Under the pieces are notes generated by a model. That model was not told the DNA's origin. It saw only the letters and a program-made list of their open reading frames with translations, and made no database searches. This document shows, piece by piece, positions 12,604 through 25,674 of a stretch of DNA of 64,000 bases. The stretch spans positions 23,746,001-23,810,000 of the forward strand of contig NC_042999.1 of the NCBI RefSeq assembly GCF_006345805.1, in the 5' to 3' direction. Positions within the stretch are counted from its first letter, which is position 1; every line of letters starts with the position of its first letter. Position numbers and translations under genes: made by a program. The DNA is from Octopus sinensis (taxonomy: Eukaryota).

Positions 12604-12672
12604 AGGGAACAGCTTTTCTTTTGCGCATGTAATATTCAAAAACACGATTATGTTCATGTTTCTCTTTTACTC

Positions 12673-15114
12673 TTGAGGTATTTCGTGTTGCAAGACAGTG
12701 TGAGAGAGAGAATCGTGATGTGGTAGGAGAGAAATGTGTCCGCATGGATGATGGTTCACTTGCGCTAAATGAGGATGCAAAGAGAGAGGTTTGGAGACGC
12801 CACTATGAAAGGTTGCTGAATAAAGAAAATGAATGGAAGAAAGAGAGTCTGCCGAATGTCGACCCAACAGAGGGACCAGCTATCCGAGTTGAAAGTTCTT
12901 TGGTAGTTAAGGCAATTAGAAGCATGAAAACAGGGAAAGCCCCAGGCCCATCAGGAATTACTGCGGAGATGCTCAAAATATCTGGCAGTGTCGGCTATAA
13001 TATAGTCACCCGTATAGTTAATCAGGTGATACACGAAGGAGTCATACCCAATGACTGGTGTAGCAGCATAATAGTCAACTGCTACAAAGGTAATGGTGAC
13101 GCCCTAGATACAAGTAATTACAGAGGTATCAAGCTGTTGGATCAGGTAATGAAGGTTACGGAGAGGGTTATAGCCCAACTAATTAGAGAGAGAGAGTTAG
13201 TTTAGATGAGATGCAGTTTGGGTTCGTGCCAGGGAAAAGTACTACTGATGCTATATTCCTGGTAAGGCAGTAGCAGGAGAAATACCTAGCCAAAGATAAG
13301 CCCCTGTACCTGGCTTTCGTTGACATGGAGAAAGCCATTGACAGGGTCCCCCGATCCCTTATCTGGTGGTCAATGAGGAAACTAGGGATAGATGAATGGC
13401 TGGTGAGGGCTGTGCAAGCCATGTACAGGGATACCGTAAGTAAGGTTAGGGTTGGCAACATGTACACAGAAGAATTCAAAGTAGAGGTTGGGGTCCACCA
13501 GGGTTCAGTACTCAGCCCCCTCCTATTTATCATAGTCCTCTAGGCAATTACGGAGGAATTCAAGACAGGTTGCCCCTGGGAGCTCCTCTATGCTGACGAC
13601 CTTGCTCTAATTCCTGAGTCACTATCAGAACTGGAGATGAAGTTCCAGGTGTGGAAGGAGGGTTTAGAATCGAGGGGCCTTAGAGTCAAACCAAAGTACT
13701 AATAAGTAGGAAGGTAGACAATCCACAAATGTCTTCAGTAAGATGGCCCTGCTCGATCTGTAGAAAAGGTGTAGGTAGAAACTCTATAAGATGTACCAAG
13801 TGTAAGCTATGGACACATAAGAGGTGCAGCAATGTCAAAGGAAGGCTAACTAGGAAGATAGTTTTTGTATGTGGCAGATGCTCGGGAGCATTAACCTCTG
13901 AAAATTTGCAGAAAACAACTTCTGTCACTTTCCAGGGGGAAAAACTAGAAGTAGTCGATAGCTTCCTTTATCTAGGTGACCAAGTCAGTAGTGGGGGTGG
14001 GTGCGTTGAAAGTGTGACTGCTAGAGTAAGAATAGCCTGGGCAAAGTTTAAGGAGCTCTTACCTCTGCTGGTGACAAAAGGCCACTCGCTCAGAGTAAAA
14101 GGCAGACTGTATGATGCATGTGTACGAACAGCCATGCTACATGGCAGTGAAACATGGGCCGTGACTGCTGAGGACATGCGTAAGCTCGCGAGGAATGAAG
14201 CCAGTATTCTCCGATGGATATGAAATGTCAGTGTTCATACTCGACAGAGCGTTAGTACATTGAGAGAAATGTTCTACCTAAGAAGCATCAGTTGTGGTGT
14301 GCAAGAAGGACGATTGCGCTGGTATGGTCATGTGGCGAGAATGGATGAAGATAGGTGTGTGAAAAAGTGCCAATCCCTAGCAGTTGAGGGAACCCATGGA
14401 AGAGGTAGACCCAGGAAAACCTGGGACGAGGTGGTGAAGCACAACCTTCGAACTTTAGGCCTCACTGAGGAAATGACCAGCAACCGAGACCTTTGGAAAT
14501 ATGCTGAACGTGAGAAGACCAGGCAGGACAAGTGAGTCCATCCCACTTATGCATGCCTTTCCTTCCTTGGACACACAAAGACCTGTTGAGGCAAGCGAAG
14601 TCGATATTGAACCTCATCCGACGACAGGCACCCATGCCAACCCCGCTTTGCTTGCGAAGACCTGTTGGGGCAAGTGAAATCGAAATCGAAATCGGAATCG
14701 GAATCGGAATCGAAATTGAACCAATCCTATGACTGGCACCCAGCAGATGCCAGGACCCCTGGAATGGTGGTACGTAAAAAGCACCATCCGAATCTTGGCC
14801 GAAGCCAGTGCCGCCTCGACTGGCTTCCGTGCCGGTGGCACGTAAAATGCACCAATCCGACCGTGGCCGTTGCCAGCCTCGCCTGGCACCTGTGCCGGTG
14901 GCAAGTAAAATGCCCCCACCACACTCACGGAGTGGTTGGCGTTAGGAAGAGCATCCAGCTGTAGAAACATTGCCAGATAAGATTGGAAACTGGTGCAGGC
15001 TTCTGACTTCCCAGATCCCCGGTCGAACCGTCCAACCCATGCTAGCATGGAGAACGGACGTTAAACGATGATGATGATGATGATGATGATGATGAAGATG
15101 ATGATGATGATGAT
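12673..15114 (+). mobile_element. 5'-truncated, decayed RTE-clade LINE with a PHD finger in the RT and (GAT)n tail
   Basis: KAPGPSG, NYRGIKLL, GVHQGSVLSPLLF, YADD (13589-13600), LRWYGHV, RGRPRKTW; stops and frameshifts; (GAT)n at 15067-15114. Confidence 0.92.
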
Positions 15115-15770
15115 AAACCTGGCGATGTTAGTCAAATCAGAATTCGGACACCATGTGCCACCCAAGTAGAGAGTTATAGTTTACAGAGACATATCTTGGT
15201 AAACGAAGTTTATTAGGGATTTTTTGAAGGAATTTTTTCAGAGACGTCTTGAACTTTATGGGGTCTGTTTCTGCTTTAATGTGTTTTGATATCATGTTAA
15301 AGAGAGTGGGGCCACTTGATGTGAAATAATTGTGCCAAATTGTTATTATGAGATGCAAGTGGGATTTATGTGGTTGGTGGATCGCATGGGGCAGACGTCT
15401 TGGGTGTATCTTAAAGGAGATGCCAGCATCATTCGGGAATTGCTGCTGGAATATTTTCAACATCATGCAGATGATACAGCGCTCGTGACGATATTGAAGA
15501 GAATAAAGCTTGAGCTTTTCTAGTCGACTCCAATGGTCAAGGACTGTCATTTTTGTAATTGACCTTTGAGGTGCTTCAAGTTTCATGGGAATTTATTCTG
15601 TGAGGGGAGACCACAGTGGACAACTGTATTGAAAGAGGGGTCAGGCAAAAGTGGAGAAGAGAAGGATAATGGTGAGGATATCAGGATATCTCTCGACTGG
15701 AAAGTTCTGAGTATCCAGGAACACATTCTGCTGACCATGTTAACTTTGTTGTGTATATAAGCGGCCCACC
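15115..15770 (-). mobile_element. Diverged 3' fragment of the CR1-like family at 25.6-30.3 kb
   Basis: LEAPQRSITK...RLEKLKLYSLQ...HNYFTSSGPTLFN matches ORF 25675-27186. Confidence 0.85.
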
Positions 15771-15817
15771 TTCTATATATATGTATATCTATCTGTCTGT
15801 CTGAGTGTCTATCTACG

Positions 15818-15915
<98 letters not shown>

Positions 15916-16063
15916 CATACATACACATATATATATAGACATACATGTAAATATATGTATATACAATTATTTCATATATATATTGGGTGTATATATATAT
16001 ATTATGTATGTATATGTATATATATATATCTATATATATAGATATACATGTAAATATATGTAG

Positions 16064-16096
<33 letters not shown>

Positions 16097-16481
16097 CTAG
16101 CAGTATCGCCCGGCGTTGCTCAGGTTTGTAAGGGAAATAACTATAAAGCATTTTTAGAGAGTTATAGCCAAAAAATAGCAAAAAAATGGAAAAAATGATG
16201 GTAAATTTTTTTTTGAGATTTAAAAAAGGTAGAGTTGCGTCCCCTAGACAGTTTGTGGTTCGTATTCCTGATTCTCGACCCCATGTCGAATTTATCGATT
16301 TTTTCAGAACTGGGGGAACTTTTCAAAATTTTCGCTGGTGCGTTAGTTTTGAATTATGCATTGGGCTATGTGGTGGTCAAGTTTCATCAGAATCGGTTGA
16401 AAGCCGTGGTCAGGGTGAGGGTACAAGCAAACAGACACACAGAAACACGCACAGACAAACTGCCGTTTATATAGAGAGAGA
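16097..16481 (-). mobile_element. Non-autonomous Helitron directly downstream of the autonomous copy
   Basis: TC start at 16481, hairpin + CTAG end at 16097-16100; 16232-16481 closely matches 22367-22615. Confidence 0.85.
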
Positions 16482-16485
16482 TATA

Positions 16486-19400
16486 CTAGCAGCATAGCCC
16501 GGCGTTGCCCGGGTATGTAAGAGCCCCTAGTAGGCAACGACTAATCCCAATGTAGTCCTTTCCCTCCAGGGAACGAAGGTGCATGTGGACGTTGCAATGT
16601 CTTGTCTTCACTGGAATACTTCTGTATATACGATGTTCCTAGCTGTCCGTTTGGGCGAAAACATGAAAACATCATTGCGCCTCCCAACGCGTGAACAGCC
16701 CACTAGAGTTGACCGTGGGCGAAGCACTGTTCGCCCAAATGTAACCCAGCGACTTGTAGCGTTTGGCCTTGGGATTTATTGATGGACATTGCAAAGCAGA
16801 GTTTAACAGGAAACTGAGAACGCCTGAAGTGGATTGGTAGGTCAGCGCCCGACGGTTGAAGGTGCATCCGTGGAATGAAGACGTCCTCTCCCTTCCCACA
16901 ACCGGTAAGTATTGTGGCCGTTATTAAATGTGGTGCCAAGTGTTTCACAACCAAACGTGTGCCGTTGCACTGTTTAGGTGGAACCAAATTCCTGATGAGC
17001 ATAATGGGCGCACCGACTTTTAACTTCAGGATGTGTGGTGGCAGGCCTGGCGGTTCAAGTGAATTCAGGAATTCAACAGGATAATCGGCAAGCTGGGCGG
17101 GGTCTGCTGTCCTATCTATAGATTTGTAGACGTGGACATCACCAGAATAACTTCAAGTAGCTGGATATTGATGGAGTTGACGGTTGTATTTTTGGGTGCG
17201 AGAATAGCTCTGCCTGCCAGCCATTTTAGGTCGCGTAAATTGTTTTGTAGGTCGTGGAAGACAGCGTCCCGGAGGCTAGCAGGGGTGTCGACAATGGTGC
17301 AAAGTGAGTCCAATTGAACGTAGCCATCCGCATCAGACAGCATCCTATTTTCACCGAGCGATAAGAGGTCCCTGGAGAATGCAGCGGATCCGCTGTCACC
17401 AATTAACTGCGCGCGCATGTTAGTTTGGAGGTGCAAAGGCCGCACATGTGCCCAAAGAGCTGACGACTTAAGGCACGCGCGCACGGCATCGGCACGGGTT
17501 CCTTTTGGAATAACAGGTAGAGTCTGCCTGAAGTCTCCTGAAAGAAGTAAGTTAATCCTCCCATGGGGCCGTAGAGTCTCTGATGTCTTGCAGGGACCTG
17601 TCCAGTGCCTCAAGGGCGCCTTTGTGTGCCATAGTGCACTCGTCCCATACGATGAGTTTGCATCTGCGAAGAATGTCGGCCTGTTCTGAGTTCTTGGCGA
17701 TGTTGCAGATAGGTGACTCGGACTTTGCCAGATCGAGCGGGAGTCTGAAGGCAGAGTGGGCGGTTCTGCCACCCGGAAGCAACGTGGCCGCGATACCAGA
17801 GGAGCTACAGCCAGGGCAATGTCCGTGTTGCGTCTGACCTCTGCCAGAATTAGTTTAGTGACGAAGGTTTTGCCTGTGCCGCCGGGTGCATCAAGGAAGA
17901 AAATCCCCCCGTTGCTGTCTGACAGAGTCTACGATGGTGTTGTAGGCTATGCGCTGGTCTGGAAGCAGCCGTGGTTCATTATCTTGGACGCACTGGTGCA
18001 GTTCCTCAATGCAGTAGGAAGTTTCGCGTAACAATTCAGCAGACATAACATTGGCGTGTTCACGTGTGGGTGGTGGAAGGCCGTACTCTGTTAAAGCAGA
18101 CCCACCCATATCGATGACAGTGTCTTCGAGTTGAATGAGCGCAAAATTGTAAATGAAGTTGGTGAACGTGATCTCGGCGGAAGGGCAGTGTTGCTGAGCC
18201 GTACGTAAGAAGTCGTGTGACATGTCATCCCTGTATTTCATCCAGAGACTTAGTGGATGACTAAGCTGACATTTTTGAAGAAGGATTGCGAAAAGATGTC
18301 GTAGGGCCGAATGCGTTTGCAGTAAAGCACCCTCTGCCATCGTGGCGTCCCACTGGGAGTCATCCTCTAGAAGGCCAAGTCTCATACATGCTTCCCTGAA
18401 GGTGTCGCACAGAACCCCATTGACGGTACGTATATTGGCGAAACCTGTTGGACCAGTGACCTCATGTAGAAGGAGACGGAGGTAGAAGCATTCTTGCTGG
18501 TTTGGCGGGATGTTGTAAACTCGACCCAGGCAGGAGTCAAACTTGACGCCTGGGAAGCTTTCGACGTTTTTGCCGGATTTCCGTCGAACCCAGTGTTTTT
18601 TAGACCACACGAAGTACGATGGGACCTGTGGGTACAAAAGCGTTCGAGCGAAGTCATCACGTTGGCATAATTTGAAGAAACCAGTCAACGTTGTGTCTTT
18701 GGGCTGGTGGCTATCTGCACAGCACTTTGCTCTGTGAAGTAAATCCGCTGTCCATTTTCCAAGTGTACAGAAGCTGCACCACAGCCGGGTGTCTCTGATG
18801 GAGCGGGAAGCCGTAAATGCGCCAAAACGCTTCGTTGCTGCTGAAGTACCGGCCAGCCAAGTAGTTGGACACTTCGTCGCGACTGGTGGTCCTCTGGATG
18901 CTGAACATGGCAGCATCGCTGCCTTTGTTGATATATTTGCAGACATATTGTATTGACCTGATGGAGCTGCAGAACTCAACGTTGACGTGGGCTTTGAATA
19001 TCTTCGACAGGAGAGGACAGTAGGGGACAATGTAGCTGTTGTCCACTTGATGTCGCCCAACCGTAATCGTGCGGCCTCCATTGGCTGGACTCCTTCGTTT
19101 GTACAGCGGATACCCATCGCCGCCTGTTTGAGTCTCCAAAGTGAACCGTTTAGGGAATCCCTTTGAGCAGGCTAATCCGTTTTTGTAGCATGGTGTGTTG
19201 GCGTAATTTGGTCCACAGGGCCCGTGTACCATGGTAGTGCGGACAATTTCGTAGAGTCCGGGGTCCTCATCGGGGTCAGGAATCTCGGCGGAAATGAATT
19301 TGTCAATGTCATTAGTCTCGATTTTATGAGTGAGCCAAAATTAAGATGTGAGCATGTGGCAAGCCCTTCTTTTGCCACTCGACCGAAAACATGTGGCACC

Positions 19401-22400
19401 TGACATGCCCCCGAAAATCTGACCCGTAACTATCAAATCCTTCATTTTGCCCAAATTCAGACGGAAAACCCTAGCAACGATGTCGTGTCGATGGGTGTGA
19501 GATTGACCCGGGAGGATTTCGAGTGATTTCGTCGCAGCTGGGATTGCACGTGTAGGTGATAAAGAGGTCCGGCCGGCCGTAAATGCGCACGTAGGTCAAG
19601 GCGTCTTGGGTCCTTTCACGCATATATCGCGGTCCTCCCGTGAAGGTGGAGGGTAGAATGCATGGCTTGCCGATGTTGCGAGGGTCATTTTCTTGTTGCA
19701 ACCGTCACGGAGATGAATGTAGGAGTCGGAGCGAAGTTTGGTCTGATTAAGTTTAATGTATAGCAGCCTTTCCGATTCCATTTTTGCGGCCATGTCGACG
19801 GCGAACTGGTTGAATAGCTGACGACAACGGGGCAATAAGTTGAACTCACCCTCCCTGACCATGAACCGGTATGAGTAGAACGCCCTGCAGGAAACCGTCT
19901 TTGATGCCGCAGTAGTTTGATTGGAGGGCTGCCGTAAAGGAATTCCGAAGTGGTAGCCGTCTTCCCCATAAGGGAAAAGCAATGGATACTGAAGCGCGTC
20001 ATAAGATCTGTGAGTCTCGCTGATCCTGTGTAGGTTGTTACCACGGGAGGAGATGATTATGTCACGGCTGTTGTGTTGCTCTCCGTGTATAACTGCGGCA
20101 ATTTCGTTGCACGCAGGTGCGTTGAAACGGCGTTCGTGCCCCCCGTGGGGTCGTTTATCAGCATCAATGACAACGGTGAAGTTTGGAGAAGGAGCACTGT
20201 CCAAGGCATATCTGAAGCTGCAGACGTAGCTGTTGATATCATGAAGCATGGTTTGGAGACGGAGAAGAATGTCTTTGCGGGGAACATAGCTTGTACCCGG
20301 TATTATTCCAAGGCGTGCATCAACCTGGTGGTTGTAGTCGGCAATGAAGTATATTTGGAGGAAAGAAGACTGCTGAATCTCGTCTGGCAGAAGTGACCCA
20401 ATAAGATGGTAGACCTGTCCCTGCACTTTGAAAGTAGGCATCCAGCCTTCTCTGGGAGGAATTTTGGCCCCGAAAGAGGTCATTTGGAATGAGCAGTTGT
20501 ACTTTCGAATTATTTCAAGGAATTGTGACGAATCGGGGGTTAAACCCGCCGCGAGATCCTTCAGTGGTTGAGGTGGTTCCCGTAGGGGTGGCAGGTCCAC
20601 TTTGCCACCAGAGCAGCACAAACCAGGTGGCTCTCCGGGCCATTTCTTGGCTTTGCAAAACTGGCATACAATTGTCATTGACCCTATCTTGATGTCGTCA
20701 CGCAAGGAGAAGTTAATTGTGGCGTCGTAGTTGAATGCTAGTGACAACCAGAAAGCGGGGGCAGGGGTACGTACACCACGAATGATATCCCGACGTTTGT
20801 TGATACTCTCAAGTCGAGTGCACCGTGCCTCAGCAGATTCAGATGCACGTGCGACAGCGGTAGCAGTGGCATCCCTTGAAAGCCTTTCAGCTCTCGCCTC
20901 AGCACCCTCTGAAGCCCTAGCAGAAGCAGTGTTAATGCCATGTCTGGATGTCCGAATAGTCCGTTGGTGTGGAGTTTCGGCAGATCGAGCCCTGGCTGTG
21001 TTTGCGGCGTTAGCAGCTTGGCGAGCTCTCCTCTGTTGAGTTGTTTCGGCAGCTTTGGCCATGGCTTTGTTTGCGGCGTCAGCATCTTGGCGAGTTCTCC
21101 TCTGCTGTGAGGTTTCGACAGATCGTGTCCTGGCAGTGCTAGTGGCGTTAGCCGCATTCCAAATGGCCCTTTGTTCGGGGTTCTCGCGAGCTCTGCGGAT
21201 GGAAGCACAGTAAGAAGCCGCATGTTTTGGCTGGACTGTTGCTCTTTCGTCAACCTCGAGCGGAGGGAAGATCTGTACGCTGCGACCCTTGCAAGTCGGG
21301 TAGAACGGTCGCTAGTAGTTTCAGATGCCTGAGCAGCGGCATAACGGGAAGCTGTTTGCGAGAGGCGCAAGGCGGTTTCCTCGTGGGTCTCGCGTGCCCT
21401 TCTAGCCCTAGCAGCCGATGCCTTGGCCGTCCGAGGGCTGAGGAGGGTCCTTCTCTTCTTGGGTGGCATTTTGGTGGATAGCAATGTGTTTGGCAAAGGT
21501 GTAATAAAAGGAACACGTGGGGTAAGTATTTTGGTGGATAGCAATGTGTTTGGTAAAGGTGTAATAAAAAGGAGCTCGTGGGGTAAGTATCCGAAAATGT
21601 ATAAAAATGTACAAAAACGGCCAAAAAGCTGGCAGCAATGTGAGTGACAACAACGAAAAAGTCAAAAGTGATCAACTGAACAAACGAAAGGAAAAGTTTT
21701 TTGATGCACACGACAAAAGTGGTTTATAATAAACCAAGAGTTTGCAAGTAGCGTCCGAGGACCGTTAGGGTACGTCAAAAATTGAAGGTAAAACGTTTGG
21801 GGTGGTAGTTATAAAGAAAGTTTAAACCCAAAAAGTATTCGAATAACTTGCGGCTGCAGCAGCTATTAGCAGAAGTGGCGGTGTTGGGGGTAAAGTCTCG
21901 AATGTAATTTCTTCCTGGTAGGAATTGGTTGGATCGAATTATCGATAGCTAAAAAGGTCAAGTTGCGTCCCCTAGACAGTCTGGTTTGTGTTTAATACAC
22001 AAATTTGTTTGCTATGTGTGCCACATATGATTAAATTAACCGATTTTTTCCAATAATGTATCCTATTGGAATAAAAAGGGCTATATAGCTCCTTGGAGCA
22101 GACATGATGCTCGTTGTGAAAAAAAAAAGATTCCTGCCAATTTGTGAAATATTGTCGAAAATATGTCATCTTGAATTTGAACGCGATTTCCCAAAATGGC
22201 ATGATTTTATCGATTGTTTGATCTGATGGGTATTGCATGGAAAACTAACGTCAGAATTGAGTTTCTTAGGGTAACATTAAGCTTGACCATGAGTTTGGTG
22301 AAAATCGATTGCAAGTTGTGAAAACTACCATAGATAATGCGTTGCATAAAAAAAGCTTAGATTCTCGAGTTGCGTCCCCTAGACAGTCTGTGGTTCATGT

Positions 22401-22615
22401 TTATGATTCTCGACCCCATGTCGAATTTATCAATTTTTTTCAGAACTGGGGGAACTTTTCAAAATTTTCGCTTCGTTAGTTTTGAATTATGACATTGGGC
22501 TATGTGTGTGTCAAGTTTCATCAGAATCGGTTGAAAGCCGTGGTCAGGGTGAGGGTACGAGAAAACAGACACACAGAAGCACGCACAGACAAACTGCCGT
22601 TTATATATAGAGAGA
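16486..22615 (-). mobile_element. Full-length Helitron (~6.1 kb)
   Basis: 5' A|TC at 22615; 3' CCCGGGCAACGCCGGG hairpin followed by CTAG|T at 16489-16486; RepHel coding region inside. Confidence 0.93.
16560..21470 (-). pseudogene. Helitron Rep (HUH/Y2)-PIF1 helicase, multiply frameshifted
   Basis: YDALQYPLLF, YGRPDLFITYTCNP, PHAH motif (~19350), YVCKYINKG, Walker A DAPGGTGKT (~17864-17895), [29 protein letters not shown] spread over several frames. Confidence 0.93.
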
Positions 22616-22997
22616 TGTATATAAGTATTATATACACTCATCCAAATGTATGCCTGTGTCTGCCTTTTCTTTAATTTGTTAAAATCATTGTCCGATATTT
22701 TGTAGTTGTTGCGTTGTTATATCTCTCTATGCTTTATTGCACCTACCCTCTGCCTGTCTGTCTGCCTCTCTCTCCCTCCCCACCCTCTCACTCTTAGTAT
22801 CTCCCTCTCCTTTTCATAGTTAAGTCACGTTGCCGCTTTACTTAGGAAGTTAAATATTTAGAGGAGTAACAGATTAGATTTCTATTCAATAATGAATATG
22901 GTTCAATTTCATAAGATTTGTTCAACTACGCCCTAGCTGGAGTATTTTAGATCATAAAACACACACATATATATACACACACACATAAATATGCATG

Positions 22998-23045
<48 letters not shown>

Positions 23046-23187
23046 CACACATATATATACATATATTGTGTGTATATATATATGTGTGTGTGTACATATA
23101 ATTTTTTCATATATATATTGTGTATACATTCTATATATACATATATATATATATTGTGTGTATATATATATATTATGTATGTATATG

Positions 23188-23303
<116 letters not shown>

Positions 23304-23327
23304 CCTATCTGAACCCAGAAATTGAAA

Positions 23328-23765
23328 ACAGAGGGTTACCCACTTGCAAACAAATGTGGTAACATATAACAATATTGACCAAGGTTACCGTGGTCTTTTT
23401 CGTAGGCTTTTCTTCCCACGGATAAACCATACTTGCTTTCCCCTTTACACCATATATCATAACACTGTGATACACGATCCCTATTGATCGTTTCTTTTCC
23501 TCTTTCCCCTTTTTTCCCCTTTTTTCATCTTTTTTCATTTCTCTTTCCTTTTGTTCCTTTTCCTTTTCTTTTTTTTCTTTTTATTACTTTTATTTTATTC
23601 AAATTTTTTTTTGTTCTTTTCTTCCCTTTTACGATCCCTCTTGATCGAAAACCTACGCCCCCCTTTTTTTTCTTTTGTTTTTTGTTCTCTTCATCCCCCA
23701 AAAGAAAAGCTCTACCTTGTAACTTGTCCCATCTGTGTGCAGCCCTGTGTGGCCAAGAAAGAAAC
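23328..23765 (+). mobile_element. Probable LINE 3' end/UTR inserted in (TATC)n
   Basis: T-rich UTR-like sequence flanked by (TATC)n; terminus matches the SINE B tail. Confidence 0.5.
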
Positions 23766-23808
23766 TTATCTATCTATCTATCGATCTATCTATCTATCTA
23801 TCTATCTT

Positions 23809-23893
<85 letters not shown>

Positions 23894-24359
23894 ATATATA
23901 TACATAAATATATATATATATCTACATTTTATGCATGTATATTTACACTACCTTCAGAAATTAATTAGCACCCTTGATTTCCTTTTCACTCAAGGTATGT
24001 GCTGTCACCTAGTGGTCATATCTCGAACTATTGCTTTGTTGCGAGTTCACTGTTGCGCAGAACGATGACGTGACTTTGTTTGCAGAGCAGTTTGAGAGTC
24101 TACACCCTTATGATGTTGACATAGCAGTGCAACAACAACTTGGAGTGCGGATGCAGACAAATCTTCCTTTGTTTAATAGATATAGGTAGCGCCTCGCAAG
24201 GACCGAAATCACACCACACTAAGTTTTCTCATCGCGTTAGACCTTTTGAACAGCTCATAGGTTAATTGATTTAACCTATTTAATATAGAAATTTGAGAAG
24301 TGCTAATTAATTTCTGATGCAAGTGTATATATATAAGTCTATAGGTATATGTATATGCA

Positions 24360-24870
24360 GCAGGTGTTGGACTCCAGTTACAGATTGGCTGAGGATAATA
24401 ATATGCAGTTTAATGCTGAAAAATTTCAAGCCCCGCACCACCAGCAACAAAACCTAACTTACAGGGGACACTGGTCCACAGGGAATTTCAGTCACAGGGC
24501 CTAAGACAGTGAGGGACCTGGGTATAGACATGAGTTATTATACCTCTTTCCAAGTGCAAATTACCATGATGGCGACAAAGTGCAGACGACTGGCTGGATG
24601 GATCCTAAGAACATTCCGAACAAGAGATAAGGAAACCATGATGGTCCAATGGCGGACATTCGTCCTCAGCTGCCTGGATTATTGCTCACAGCTATGACCA
24701 GCCACCAGCGTGAAATTAACAGCGGACCTTGAAGCAATCCAGAGAAGATTCACAAAGAAAATCGTCTCTTTGTAACAGCTCAGCTACTGGGAAAGGTTGA
24801 AACACTTAAGATTCTACTCCCTGGAGAGAAGACGGGAGAGGTATGCAGTAATATATATCTGGAAGATCCT
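24360..24870 (+). mobile_element. Decayed CR1-like LINE fragment (related fragment 57225-57325, -)
   Basis: VRDLGI...GWILRTFRTRD...LDYCSQL; YWERLKHLRFYSLERRRERY. Confidence 0.8.
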
Positions 24871-25215
24871 GCCCAGAAGGCTGCACCAGGCACCTATCTG
24901 ATCAGGTAGGGTTACTACGGCTGGATGCCCTCCTAACACCTACCACTCCAAGAGTGTAATGGGTGCTTCTACGTGCCACCAGCACGGAGGACAGTCATGT
25001 GGTACTGCCAATAGTCACACTCAAATGGTGTTTTTTACATGCCACCTGAACAGGAGCCAGGACAGCGGTACTGGCAACGTTCATGCTCGGATGGTGCTTT
25101 TAGTATTCCATTGGTGTGGTTGCCAGTCAGGCGGTGCTATCATCGGTCATCTCAACGAATTTGATTTAACTTGCCTCAACAGGTCCTTGCAAGCGAAGTT
25201 TAGTGTCCAATGAGA
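24870..25215 (-). mobile_element. RTE 3' UTR-related fragment
   Basis: Reverse complement resembles 14580-14990 (GGTGGCACGTA repeats, GCATCCAGC). Confidence 0.6.
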
Positions 25216-25525
25216 GACATGTACAGATATATACATATACATACACAGACACACACACACATATATATATATAATACATAAATATGTACATATATATACA
25301 TATATATATATATATATAATATATATATTATATATATATAGATATATATATATAAATAATAAATATTAGGGAATAAATCCAAATTTACAGGGAAAAAATC
25401 AGATTTAGGATTAAATCCAATTTTACATATATATATATTATATATATATATATATATTATATATATATATAAATAAATATATATATATATATATAATATA
25501 TATTATATATATATACATACGTATG

Positions 25526-25561
<36 letters not shown>

Positions 25562-25674
25562 ATATATATAATATATATATATATATATAACTTAGAATAA
25601 CTTAGAAAGGTTTTGGCCAGTATTGGCCCAGGCCATGTCTAGCTTAATAGCACCACCTGGCGAAGTCTTTCAGT

